DNA of 64,000 nucleotides, from the NCBI GenBank assembly GCA_038087875.1, contig JAXLNO010000385.1, forward strand, positions 1,178,001-1,242,000, given 5' to 3'. This stretch comes from Malacoraja senta. Its lineage: Eukaryota. Positions 21,333-34,142 of the stretch are shown here, one piece after another (position 1 is the stretch's first letter; each line of letters opens with the position of its first letter). Position numbers and translations under genes: made by a program. Under the pieces are notes generated by a model. It did no database searches. It had not been told where the DNA came from and saw only the letters and a list, made by a program, of their open reading frames with translations.

Positions 21333-22689
21333 TCCTCCATCCCCGGCTCTCTCTCCCTCACCTACCCGTCTCTATCTCTCTCCCTCCCGGACTCTCTCTC
21401 CCTCCCCTCCCCCTCGCCACTTCTCACCCCTCTCTCTCCCTCGCCTCCCCGTCACTCTCATACTTTTCCTCTCTCTCTCCCCTCCCCGTCTCTCACTTTC
21501 CCTCCCTCACCATCTATCTCTCTCTACCTCCACGTGTCTTCTCTCTCCGTCCCTCTCTCTCCGTCCCTCTCTCTCTTCCCGTCTCTCTCCCTCCCTCCTC
21601 TCCCCTCTCCATCTCCTTCTCCTCTCTATCTCTCATATTCTCCGTGTCACTCTCTCCTCCCTCCCCTCACTCTCTTTCTCTCTCTTCTCTCCCAGTCTGT
21701 CTCTCCCTCTCCCGTAACTCACTCTCGCTCTGTCTCGGCGTTTGTCACAGCAGGAAGGAGGGAGTGTCTGACGGAAAAAGTCGGAGAGAGAAAGTGACGG
21801 GGAGAGAGAGAGGGTGCAGGGAGGGAGGTACAGAGAGACGGGGGGAGGGGGGGGGCAGAGAGAGCAGGGTCTAGAGATGGAGACGGAGGGAGGGATGGAC
21901 AGACGGGAGAGAGAGGTGTAAGTAGAGAGAGATGGGGAGGGAGATGGAGAGAGGCGTGGATGGGGCAAGCGAGAGACGGCGAGAGGTAGGGAGAGACGGG
22001 GATAAAGACGCGGGAGAGGGAGAGGCGAGTTGAGGAAGACAGAGGGAGAAACCGGGAGAGGGAGAGAGACAGATGGGGAGAGAGAGTGAGACGGGAAGAG
22101 AGGAGAGGGAGAGAGATGGGGGAGGGAGTGAGAGACGGGGAGAGGGGTGAGATGGGGAGGGGGAAGAGGGGAGGGGGAGAATGATGGGGAGGTCGAGCGA
22201 GTGACGGAGGGGGGAGAGGGTGGAGAGTGGGAGGCACCGTGCCGGCCCGATGCAGGTCGCGGGGAGAAAGTACAAACTCTGCACAGACTGCGCCCGTGGT
22301 GAGGATCGAACGGGTCCATGTTCCTGTCGAAATGTCTCTTAAACGTTGTTTCAATGAGGTCCCCCCTCATTATTCTAAACTCCAGTGAGTACAGGCCCAG
22401 TGCCGATAAACGCTCATCATATGTTGAGCACAGTTTCTTAACCTGTCCGTGACATGCAGCATCTCTGGGGAGAATGATTGCGACATGATTCGGGCCGAGA
22501 GAGTTCTTCACACGAGACCTCATCTCTCACTTCGTCCACTCCCCGTCTCGCTCACTCCCTCTCCCAGGCCTTCTACTCTCTCCCTCTCTCCCTCACTCTC
22601 CCCTCGCCCTCTTCCCCCTCCCCGGTCCTTCCTCCCTCTCCCCGTCTCTCACTCACTCTCCCCATCTCTCCCTCCCTCCCCCTTCTCTC

Positions 22690-22829
<140 letters not shown>

Positions 22830-23287
22830 CACTATCTTCCCCACCCTACCCCCTCTCTCCCCATCTCTCTCCCCATCGGGCATGGCAAATCTGCCACGGA
22901 TTTAAGGGAGTGCACCTGTAAATGATGGAATTAGGGGAGGGCACCTGTAATTATACCTTTAAACCTGTCCTATCCATGTACCTAAATGTCTGGCTAAATG
23001 TATCTGGCCAAATGACACTTAAATGTTGTTTCATGATGGCCCTCCTCGTTCTCTCTTCGTCTCCAGCTCTCACCCACCCCTTCGTCACTTGTGCATTCCC
23101 CTACCTATCTGTATCCCTTCCCCTGCCCGACTCTCTCTCTCCCTCCCTCCCCTCTCTCTCCTTCGCCACCCCGTCACTCATACAGTCTCTCTCCCTCTCC
23201 CCTCCCCGTCGCTCTCTATCCCCCTCACCCTCTATCTCTCTCCCTCTATCTCTCTCTCTCCCTCTATCTGTCTCTCTCCCTCCACGG

Positions 23288-23565
23288 AATAATAAGGAGT
23301 AAGCCATTTAGAACAGAAACGATGAAACTTTTCTCACAGAGTGGTGAGTGTGTAATTCTCTGCCTCAGAGGGCGGTGGAGGCAGATTCTCTGGATGCTTT
23401 CATGAGAGAGCTAGATTTGGGCCTTAAAATAGCGGTCAGGGGATATGGGGAGAAGGCGGGAACGGGGTACTGATTTGGGATGATCAGCCATGATCACATT
23501 GAATGGCGGTGCTGGCTCGAAGGGCCAAATGGCCTACTCCTGCTCCTTTTGTCTATTGTCTATTG
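23288..23565 (+). mobile_element. CR1-type LINE 3' end fragment with (CTATTGT)n tail
   Basis: Matches ~60650-60945, including GATCACATTGAATGGCGGTGCTGGCTCGAAGGGCCAAAT and the GTCTATT repeats. Confidence 0.85.
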
Positions 23566-24097
23566 TGTCTCTCTCCGTCTCTCTCTCGCTCTGCCTTCCC
23601 GTCTCCCTCTCCCTCCCCTCACCGCCTCTCTCCCTCTCCTCTCTCTCTCCCTCTGCCACCTCTCTCTTCTCCCCTCCACTCTCACTCTCTCTCTCTTTCT
23701 CTCTCTCGCAGTGCCTGAGCACCTCTCTCTTTGGCATCGACATGATGAACATGCAGAAGGTGTGTGTGTGATGGGGGTGGGAAATGAGTGGTGGGGCTAC
23801 ATGTGGGAGGGGCCACCGACTGTGGGGAGGGTCTCGGTGGGGAGAGGGAGAGAGATGGGGAGATGGACGAAGAGAGAGGGAAGGAGAGACGAGAGAGATG
23901 GATCGGAGGGATAGAAGGATTGAAGAGAGAGAGGGGGAATCGAGAGACGGAGAGAGAGAGACCGGAAGAGGGAGAAAGAGACAGATCGGGATGGGGAGAG
24001 CGAGAGAGGGGAGGGCGAGGGCGTGACTGGGGAGAGGCGAGTAGAGCGAGAGAGAGAAACGGGAGAGGGAGAGAGAGATGGGGAGAGACAGCGGAGC

Positions 24098-24132
<35 letters not shown>

Positions 24133-24133
24133 C

Positions 24134-24223
<90 letters not shown>

Positions 24224-24808
24224 TGAGAGAGAAGGGGGAGGGAGGGAGAGACGGGGAGAGTGAGTGAGAGACGGGGAGAGGGAGGACCGGGGAGGGGGAA
24301 GACGGCGAGGGGAGAGTGATGGGGAGGTCGAGAGGGTGACGGAGGAAGGGGAGAGGGGTGTAGATCTAACACAACATGGAAACAGGTCCTTCGGTCAACT
24401 TGCCCAGACTGACCAACATCTACACTTATTCCACCTGCCCGCGTTTGGCCCATATCCCTCTAAACCTGTCCTGTCCCTGTACCTGTCCAGACGTTGTGAA
24501 ATCCCTACCTCAACTACATCTTCCGGCAGCTGATCCATACAACCCACCACCCTCTGTGTGGAAAATTTACCCCCTCGGGTTCCTATTAAATCGTTTACCC
24601 TTCCCCTTGAATCTATATCCTCTGGATAGGGAGAGAGAAAATTTCTTAACCTGGCCACGACAAAACTTGGCTTAACATAGTTAATCAAAATGGTGGAACA
24701 ACTCAACGGGACAGGCAGCAGCTTTGGAGAGAAATATGGGTCGTTTCGGGTCGAGGCCCCTCTGCAGACGTCAGCCCACCTCTCTCCCTCCCCACACAGT
24801 CCCTTCCC

Positions 24809-24887
<79 letters not shown>

Positions 24888-24895
24888 CCTCCCAT

Positions 24896-24980
<85 letters not shown>

Positions 24981-27900
24981 TCCCCCCTCTTCACCACATC
25001 TCCCCCATCTCTCTCCCCATCGGGTCTCTGGCGCTGTGAGGCAGCAACTACCACATAGATTTAAGGGAGGGCACCTGTAAATGAGAGAAGTAGGGGAGGG
25101 CACCTGTAATTATACCTTTAAACCTGTCCTATCCATGTACGTGTCAAAATGTCTGGCCAAATGTATCTGGCCAAATGACTTTTAACGTTGTTTCATTGAC
25201 CTCGTTCTTCTCTCTTCCTTCTCTACCCTACTCTTTCTCCTTCCCTACCCGTCTCTATCTCTCTCCCTCCCCGACTCACTCTCCCTCCCATCCCCGTCTC
25301 TCCCTCACCTCCCCGTCACTCTCTTACTTTCTCTCTCTCCCCCTCCCCATGTCTCTCTATCCCTCCCTCACCATCTCTCTCTCCCTCCACGTGTCTCTCC
25401 CCGTCTCCTCTCTCTCCGCCCCGTCTCTCCCCCTCTCCTCTCTCTTTCTCTGCCGCATCTCTCTCATCCACCTCCCTGTCTCTCTCTTTCTCATCCTCCC
25501 CTCCCCTCCGCTCCTTCTCCTCGTCACTCCCGCTCCCCGTCTCGGCCACAACTGGAGGGAGGGAGTGTCTGACACCCCCGTCTCACCCCCCCCCCCCCGT
25601 CTGGAGGTGTACACGTACGGAGAGGACGAGATGGTATTGGTTCCGGACTGGCCGAGCACCTCTCTCACTTTGACATCGACATGATGACATGCAGAAGGTG
25701 TGTGATGGGGTGGGAAATGGGTGGTGGGGCTGCATGTGGGAGGGGTCAGCGACTGTGGGGAGGATCTCGGGGGCAGAGGGAGAGAGACGGGGAGGGACGG
25801 AGGGAGAGAGAGTGACAGAGGAAGGGAGAGTGAGGGAAAAGTAGAGAGAGGCGGGGAGAGAGAGGCGGGGAGAGAGAGGCGGGTAGAGAGAGGCGGGGAG
25901 AGGGCGACGGGGTGAGGAACAGAGAGAGAAACGGGGAGGGAGAGAGATGGATGGGAGAGAGAGAGAGAAAGGGGGAGGGAGGGAGAGACAGGGAGAGAGA
26001 AAGAGTGAGAGGGGGAAGAGTGTGAGGGGAGAGTGATGGGGTCCGAGAAAGTGACGGAGAGGGGGGGAGAGGGGTGGGGATGTAACACAACATGGAAACA
26101 GGTCCTTCGGTCAACTTGCCCAGACTGCCAACATGCCCCATCTACACTTCTTCCACCTGCCCGCGTTTGGCCCATATCCCTCCAAACCTGTCCTATCCCT
26201 GTACCTGTCCAAACGTTGTGATAATCCCTGCCTCAACTACATCTTCCGGCAGATGTTCCATACAACCCACCACCCTCTGTGTGGAAAAGTTACCCCTCAG
26301 GTCCCTATTAAATATTTCCCCTTCCCTTGAATCTATATCGCCTGGATAGGGAGAGAGAGGGGAGGGGGAGAGTTGGAGGCACCGTGCTGGCCCGAGGCTG
26401 GTCGCGGGGAGAAAGTGCAAACTCTGTACAGACCCCGCCCTTGGTCTGTATCCGGCGCTGTGAGGCAGCAAATCTACCGCTTGGATTTAAGGGAGGGCAC
26501 CTGCCCATGCGGATAAGGGGAGGGCACCTGTAAATATACCTTTAAACATGCCCTATCCATGTACCTGTCTAAATGTCTATTTTTTTACTGTGGATAATGG
26601 CTTCTGCTCTCAGGAATCCAGGGATCTCGGTATTCGATGCAGATCTTGCAGAGCGATGCGTGTGTTTGAAGAGGATTTTTCAATCTACGTTGCGGCTGCA
26701 TTTCCTGCTGCTGATCCTGCTCTTCGTGCATTAATTCTTCTCCATTTGGCAGGCACTGAGGCTGCTCGTCGTGCCAGAAGATTTCACCATGCACCGGCTA
26801 GAGTTGATGCCAACGGTGATCAAATTGCTGCGGAGTCTCGCCGTGATCCTGAATGTCTCCTACGTAAATTCTGACAATTATGTGAGTTACAAATTAATGT
26901 AAGCATGGAACGCCATAATATTTTTCAATGTGTCTAAAACAAGGAGAACCTGTTGAACTACATGTTAATGCGCTGAAGCATGTCGCTAGTCGATGCGATT
27001 TCAGAGAGATTCAATATAGTCTTGTACGGGACCGCTTAATGCATGGCATATTGAATGAAGAATTACGCGTTGAATTACTGCAGGAAGTTGACCTGACTTT
27101 AGCGGCTGTTGAAAACCGCTGTCGCATAGCTGAACTGACTAATGCTCACATTCAATCTCTTAGGACACTCTGCTGCTCGTGAAGTTAATGCGGCCAGCTT
27201 GTCTTATCAAACTCCTGCTCGCTCGTCACAGGGGCCAGCTAATAACATAAGATTGATCGCTAATTGTTTTAACTGTGGGGGTTCACATATTGCAGTTCGG
27301 GACCGGTGCCCTGCGTATGCAAAACTGTCGATTCTGCAATAAAAGAAACAATTTCGTCAAATGAAGTCGTTCACGCAGTGACAGATTTCAAATGAGACAG
27401 TCTGTCAACTCGCCAAACCATAATGAATATTCAAGCTCCCAGTTCGCACACCTAGTTCCCATGGATGTACAAACAGATGGCTATGGTGCAGAGATTGATG
27501 TAAATGCTTTGTCTAATTCATTGCACAACCGGCTAGGTCCCAAGGTTGCATTTCTTATTAAAGGCAGAACCCTTTATCTCAAGGTCGACGGGGGCGCGCT
27601 GCATTGTAATCTCTTTGGCTGTCTTCCAGATGCTGAAAAACACAGAAACTTTAACTCATACAACTGCATCACTTGTCTGATTTGATGGTTTTCGACTACA
27701 CCCTATCGGCCAAGTAGAGTTACGTTGCTGTCTCAACTCACGTGATCACATCCTGGATTTCTACATGGTACGCGAGAAGGTACCATCCATACTGGGTGCC
27801 AATGTATGCCTAGACATGGGTTAGGTTTCTTTCGGCCCTTCTGTCTGTCCACTGTCTACAGACTATGATTTTACACATCAAATTCTAACACAAGACAAGG

Positions 27901-28175
27901 ATTTGTTTAATGGTAAGCTGGGCAAGTTGCCTGTTAGATCCACGATTACTATTGACCCTGAGGCAATCCCAGTTGTTCGTCCGGCTCACAAGATTCCCCA
28001 CGCTATGCGGGATCGCGTTCAAAGTGAACTTAATAGAATGGTGACTCTGGGTGTGATTGCTCCCATGTGACCCCTCGGACTGGGTCTCCACAATTGTTGT
28101 CACTTCTAAGAACAACAGAGATGAGATACGGATCTGTATCAACCCCAAGGACCTAAATACAGTAATTAAACGGCG

Positions 28176-29057
28176 CGTTTCACCGTCAACTTAAGGACGC
28201 CCTGAAGGCACGGCTCAAGGATCCGGACTGGGTGGACGCTCTGCCGTGGGTTTTGCTGGGGATCCGCACCGCACCCAAAGAGGACTTAGCCTCCTCCTCC
28301 GCCGAGTTGGTATATGGGTCTCCGTTGACGGTGCCCGGGGAATTCATCCCGTCGGCACGTGGTCAGGCGGAGCAGCCTTCAGACGCTCTACAACGTCTTC
28401 GGCACACGGTGGGCAAGTTGGCGCCGGTGCCAACGTCTCGTCATGGGTCTTTCCGTCCCCATGTTCCGCCTGCCCTGGTGGACTGCCAGTTCGTTTTTCT
28501 GCGCAGGGATGCGCATCGGACCCCTCTCCAGCGGTCGTACGAGGGTCCCTTTCGGGTACTGGAACATGGCTCATCCTCTTTCGTCCTGGACATGGGGGGT
28601 CGGCATGAGACTGTTTCAGTTGCGCGGTTGAAGCCAGCACATATTGATATCGATCAGCCGGTGTTGGTAGCGCGGCCTCGTAAGCGAGGGCGGCCTCTGT
28701 CTAGGGTACCTCCACTGGTAACTCGGTCCCATGCACCTGTTGGTCAGTTGCCTGTTCCGGGGCAGGGCATGGTGTGTACCCGCGCTGGCCGCCGTGTACG
28801 GCCTCCTGTCCGTTTCGTGTCTCGGGTACTTGGGGGGGGGGGTCATGTGGCGGTCCCTGGGGGGTAAGCCACTCCTTGGATCATTCCCCTCGCCGAGTGA
28901 AGGACAGTGGACTGGTCTGCCACGGGATTTCCAGTCGACCCTGGATTTAGTGCTCTCGAGGTGTGTGTGTGGGGTGCTCTCGTGGTAAAACATTAAAGTC
29001 TGCTAATTGAACCCGGCTGGCGTCTGGCCTTTTACTGACCTCGTTCAGGCCGCTACA
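28176..29057 (+). mobile_element. 3' fragment of a second Gypsy family (integrase C-terminus, PPT and 3' LTR) nested in the host RT
   Basis: ORF 28232-28867 reads WVDALPWVLLGIRTAPKEDL...YEGPFRVL...VSVARLKPAH. A G-run PPT lies at 28832-28842. The LTR at 28846-29057 is bounded by TGTGGCGG...CCGCTACA. Confidence 0.88.
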
Positions 29058-30269
29058 ATCCTATGTGCTCTGTGGACGAGATTGCGGCGCAGATGGCTGA
29101 AGCAACTGTATTCACAGTGCAAGATGCCAAGAGCTCATTCTGGCAGATTCCACTGGAACATAACTCCTCCAAGTTGACAACTTTCAGTACTCCGTTCGGA
29201 CGTCATAAATTTCTGAGGATGCCTTTTGGTATAAGTTCTGCCAGTGAAGTATTTCAACAATCCATGGCACAATTGTTTGTAGGATACCCATGCTCCATCG
29301 TAGTGGACGATATCCTCATTGCCGGGAAAACGATCAAGGAGCACGATGCCAATCTGACAAAAGTATTGAGGCGTGCAGAGGCCATCCATCTCGCTAAATC
29401 CTACAAAATGCAAATTCAGAGTGAATGAGGTAAAATACTTAGCCCATATATTTACCAAAGACGGCCTAAAAACGGATCCAGCGAAAACCAGTGCAATTAA
29501 TGAGCTTCCAGCACCCACAGATGTGCTCAGTTTACAGAGGTCCCTTGGCATGGCTAACTATTTGAGCAAATTCATTCCAGATTTCAGCGAAATATCAGCC
29601 CCATTGCGCCATCTCACACACAACGAATCTGCTTAGACCTGGCATGAGCAACAATAGACAGCATTTGACATTCTTAAACGGCAGATGTCGGCCACCCCTA
29701 CTCTAGCGTACTTTGATCCTAGACTGCCTATTACTGCCATGTGCCATGTGCCTCCTCACAACATGGGCTACGCGCTGCATACCTTCAGAATGATGGCCAT
29801 GGCAATAAACCTGTCGCCTAGGCCTCGCGAACCATGTCTGACACAGAACAACGATTCACCCAAATCGAAAAAGAGCTGTTTGCCGTTGTGTTCGCCTGCA
29901 AAATGTTCAACGATTTCATCGTTGGTCGCACTATTACAATTAAAACCGACCATCAACCTCTTATCAGCATTTTCAATAAACCTATTCATAACTCTCCAGC
30001 GTGCCCACAACGGATGTTACTACAACTTCAAAAATATGACATCGTCCTGACCTACAAACGTGGAATGGATATGCACCTGGCGGACACTCGTTCACATGCA
30101 TCTCGGTTGACCTGCGAGGATCTGCCCTCGCAGGATGATGACTATCGTGATGACTGTATCGTTCATCCCTTCATCTTGGATGGAGGACCTGGTTGCCCAG
30201 ACTGCCAGCGACAAGACCCTTACGGTCGCTAACTTCTGTCATTAAGGACGGCTGGCCGGATGATACCCA

Positions 30270-30905
30270 GACGTGGCGCCGACAGACAAGAAGCCGAAGC
30301 AAAGAAGTCGAAGCCAAAGAACCGAATGGAAACGAGGCCGAACCGCCAATAAACCGAAAGAGTCCGAAGACGAAACGCCTACAAACCGAAATGACGGGAT
30401 GCCTAAGTGCAAACTAACCCAAAGGGCGCGTCACCTAAAAGTCAACGAGCCGAAAAGCTGCGACGCCGTAAAGCAAACTTACCGAATGGACGTTCTGTCA
30501 AAACGCCACCTACCCGAAAGGCGGCGTCGCCAACAAGCCTAAGGACCGACTGCCGCTCAACAGAAAAGTCCAATAACGGACTTGTCAGCGATTTGTCCAG
30601 ACCCCCGCGTCCATCATATCACTGTGAAGGCATGAACATTGTCCCAAACCTCCGCTCCACCCGACCCGCAGCCCACGGAGGGTGGCCGAGGGAGAATGGC
30701 GGCTGTTCCGAGGAATGCACACATTCGGCCGCTTTCAACTTGGTGCTTGGGTTCAGATTTCCCAGTCACCTATGGCTTGTGTGGGAAAATGAACCCCACG
30801 CTCCCGTCTCCCCCTTCTCTCTCCCCTTTTCCCTCTCTCTCTTCTCTCTCGCTCCCTTCTCTTTCTCCATTCTCTCTCCTCCTCTCTCTCCCCTCTTCTC
30901 TCTCC
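30270..30905. other. Foreign insert replacing the Gypsy integrase core: 16-bp-periodic CCGAA array, unique sequence and a CT tract
   Basis: The Gypsy frame breaks after IKDGWPD and resumes at TLPVAEQTL. CCGAA-like pentamers recur in 16-bp phase from 30322 to 30546. Confidence 0.6.
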
Positions 30906-31091
30906 TCCGCCACGCTACCCGTAGCGGAACAAACATTAACCCCACATGTGTTTCCGCCAAAGGAGATTCAATCCAGATTGCAACAGAAGCGTGACGTTCA
31001 AAAGATATGGTTCGGCAAGACGAGTAAGCCACCACCACCATTGACCAAAGGACAGGTGGTCCACTTACAGACTGACAAAGGCCATGATCGT

Positions 31092-31502
31092 AGGTACACA
31101 AAAATGCTGGAGAAACTCAGCGGGTGCAGCAGCATCTATGGAGCGAAGGAAATAGGCAACGTTTCGGGCCGAAACCCTTCTTCAGACTGATAGGGGGTGG
31201 GGGGAAGAAAGGAATAAAGGAAAAAGGCGGAGGAGTAGCCCGAGGGCTGGGGGAGGGCAGGAGACAACCAGAGGGCTGATGAAGGGGAGGGGACAGCAAG
31301 GGCTAGCAGAATTGGGAGAATTCAATGTACAAGCCCCCAGGATGTAGACTGCCCAAGCGAAATATGAGGTGCATTTCCTCCAATTTACGGTGTTGCTCGC
31401 TGTGGCCATGGAGGAGACCCAGGACAGAGAGGTCAGATACGGAATGGGAGGGGGAGTTGAAGTGCTGAGCCACCGGGAGCTCAGGTTGGTTATTGCGGAT
31501 GT
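31092..31502 (-). mobile_element. Penelope-like element fragment (GIY-YIG endonuclease C-terminus plus terminal repeat sequence)
   Basis: Translation PVAQHFNSPSH...RKLEEMHLIFRLGSLHPGGLYIEF. The host Gypsy reads KGHDR before the insert and VGVVSGPASEPRWYIV after it. Confidence 0.82.
31150..31192 (-). ncRNA. Minimal hammerhead-ribozyme-like motif in the Penelope terminus
   Basis: The minus strand reads CTGAAGA-A-GGGT(TTCG)GCCC-GAAAC-GTT, giving CUGANGA and GAAA boxes, a UUCG-capped stem II and a palindromic ACGU stem III. Stem I is weak. Confidence 0.6.
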
Positions 31503-31978
31503 GTTGGGGTGGTGTCTGGTCCCGCTTCGGAGCCACGCTGGTACATTGTTAGAGCCGATGGCGGCACCTACCGACGCAACATCTTCTGCCTGTGAACGAG
31601 TCAAACCCTCCTCCATATTATCCGGATCGTACAAGTTCATTTCAATCTGCATCTAGTGACCCCCGCATGCTCTTGCCAGCACAACAATCCATGCCTGCGA
31701 CAGTTCCTCTGTCTGTTCCATCTTCGCCTGCGCCACATTCTCCTGCTTCGACTCCAGGGACGTTTGTCTACTCCCCCACGGCGGTGACATCGCCTGCTCT
31801 TTCCCAGAGAAAAAAAATGAAGAAGGCCTCTATCGTACACGTCCCGGTCATGTTTGCAGGCCGGTCGTGATGTATCCGGACTATGTTTCACTTTCCACCA
31901 GTCTGTCATCGGTCGTGATATTTGCTTTGCTTTGATTAGTTATGGATATACAGCGTTATTGATTCTTTAAGAGGGGGG

Positions 31979-32163
31979 TGTAGATTCGTGGCTCATACTA
32001 TGTCTTGCATTTGTAGTTACGTCCACTAGCTTGTTAGCGTCGCGGTCTGCTGCATTCCGTTAGTCTTAAATTGAACTCCTAAGTGAGAAGTTGTAGTGCT
32101 TGTAACCAATAAACTCTATATAACCTGACATGGTGTAAGGCCACTGTTATTATAATGACTACA
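31979..32163 (+). repeat. 3' LTR of the host Gypsy element
   Basis: Preceded by the PPT AAGAGGGGGG (31969-31978), bounded by TGTAG...CTACA, with AATAAA at ~32108. Confidence 0.75.
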
Positions 32164-32174
32164 AATCAACAGTC

Positions 32175-32182
32175 TCGAACTC

Positions 32183-32259
<77 letters not shown>

Positions 32260-32459
32260 ATATCTATCTCTCTCTCTCTCTCTCTCTCGCACTCGTATTC
32301 ATTCATTCATTCAACTCGAACTCGAACTCTATCTCGAAATCGAACTCGAACTCGAACTCGAACTCGAACTCGAACTCTATCTCGAACTCCATCTCGACCT
32401 CGAACTCTAACTCGAACTCGAACTCGAACTATCTCGAACTCCAACTCCAATTCGAACTG
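32175..32459 (+). repeat. (CT)n microsatellite followed by (TTCA)n and (GAACTC)n satellite
   Basis: Read directly. Inverted counterpart of ~3546-4097. Confidence 0.9.
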
Positions 32460-33955
32460 GTCGTGTTCGAAAAAACCTGTGCGGACCAACTGGCTGGTCT
32501 TTTTACGGATATTTTCAACCTCTCACTTCTGAGGTCGGAGGTTCCCACTTGCTTCAAAAGGGCATCAATTTTACCGGTGCCCAAGATGAGTAAGTGACGT
32601 GCCTCAATGACTATCGAGCTGTGGCACTAACGCCTGTGGTGATGAATTGCTTTGAGAGGTTGATCATGGCGCAAATCAACTCCTACCTCGACAAAAACCT
32701 GGACCCACTGCAGTTCGATTACCGCCGCAACCGATCAATGGTGCATGCGATCTTGCTGGCCCTCCACTCCGCTCTGGACCACTTGGACAACACAAACTCA
32801 TATGTCAGGCTGTTATTAGTTGATTACAGCTCGGCATTTAATACAATCATCCGCTCCAAGCTGGTTACCAAACTCGCAGGACTGGGTCTCTGCGCATCCC
32901 TCTGAAATTGGATCCTCAACTTCCTCATTCACAGACTACAGTCTGTTCGTATTGGTGGAAATGTGTCAGACTGGATAACAATCAGCACGGGAGCACCTCA
33001 AGGCTGCGTGCTCAGCTCCCTGCTGTACTCACTCTATACTCATGAATGCGTAGCCAGTCATAGTGCGAACTCCATCATCAAATTCGCTGACGACACCACT
33101 GTTGTGGGACGTATCACTGATGGGGATGACTCAGAGTATAGAAGAGAGATCGAGCGACTCTCCATATCGTGCATTTACAATAACCTGGCCCTCAACACCA
33201 GCAAAACCGATGAACTGATTGTGGACTTTAGAAGGAGTAGGATGGGGACCGACAGTCCCGTTTATATCAACGGGTCGATGGTTGAAAGGGTCAAGAGCTT
33301 CTAATTCCTGGGCGTGCACATCTCTGAAGATCGTTCCTGGTCCGAGAACACTGATGCAATTATTAAGAAAGCACATCAGCGCCTCTACTTTCTGAGAAGA
33401 TAACGGAGGGTCAGTTTGTCAAGGAGGACGCTCTCGAACTTCTACAGGTGTACAGTAGAGAGCATGCTGACCGGTTGCATCGTGGCTTGGTTCGGCAACT
33501 TGAGCGCCCTGGAAAGGAAAATACTACAAAAAGTAGTAAACACTGCCCAGTCCATCATCGGCTCTGACCTCCCTTCCATCGAGGGGATCTATCGCAGTGG
33601 TTGCCTCAAAAAGGCTGGCAATATCATCAATGAACCACACCATCCTGGCCACACACTCATCTCCCTGCTACCTTCAGGTAGAAGGTACAGGAGCCTGAAG
33701 ACTGCAATGACCAGGTTCCGGAATAGCTACTTCCCCACAGCCATCAGGCTTTTAAACTTGGCTCGGACAAAACTCTGAAGATTAATAGTCCATTATCTGT
33801 TATTTGTACTTTTTACGTAGATAATGGTATATGGACACACTGATCTGTTTTGTAGTCAATGCCTACTATGTTCTGTTGTGCTGAAGCAAAGCAAGAATTT
33901 CATTGTCCTATCAGGGACACATGACAATAAACTCTCTTGATTCTTGATTCTTGAA
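32460..33955 (+). mobile_element. Rex1/Babar-like LINE, 5'-truncated, with in-frame stops and an intact 3' end
   Basis: ORFs 32594, 32963 and 33416 give RT motifs ([22 protein letters not shown]...RFRNSYFPTAIRLLN). The 3' end reads AAGAATTTCATTGTC...ATGACAATAAA followed by CTTGATT/CTTGAA repeats. Confidence 0.9.
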
Positions 33956-34142
33956 CTCGAACTCGAACTCGAGCGCGAACTCGTACTCTATCTCGAACTC
34001 GAACTCTATCTCGAACGCGAGTTTGAGTTCGACTTGCGGGCGGAGCACCAAGGCAACTTCCCTGTATGTGAGTACTAGGCCAAGAAACGTGTTCATTCAT
34101 TCATTCAATTCGAACTCGAGCTCGAACTTGATCTCGAACTCG

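Larger units (their letters stand above)
26597..32163 (+). mobile_element. Decayed Ty3/Gypsy LTR retrotransposon (Mag-like gag-pol), lacking a 5' LTR and interrupted by three insertions
   Basis: gag-like frames start at ATG 26597 and include RDRL and the knuckle CFNCGGSH...CPA. Protease-like LKVDGG lies at ~27575. RT shows RICINPKDLN, FWQIPL, RMPFGISSASEVFQ and VDDIL. RNase H shows QIEKELFAVVFA...TDHQPL. An integrase C-terminal tail lies at ~30908-31580. Many stops and frameshifts. Confidence 0.88.

Noticed and set aside
32131..32140. Primer-binding site TGGTGT after ACA, implying a 5' LTR
   Set aside because: No internal region follows. The TGTAG...CTACA termini and the upstream PPT fit a 3' LTR ending at 32163 better.
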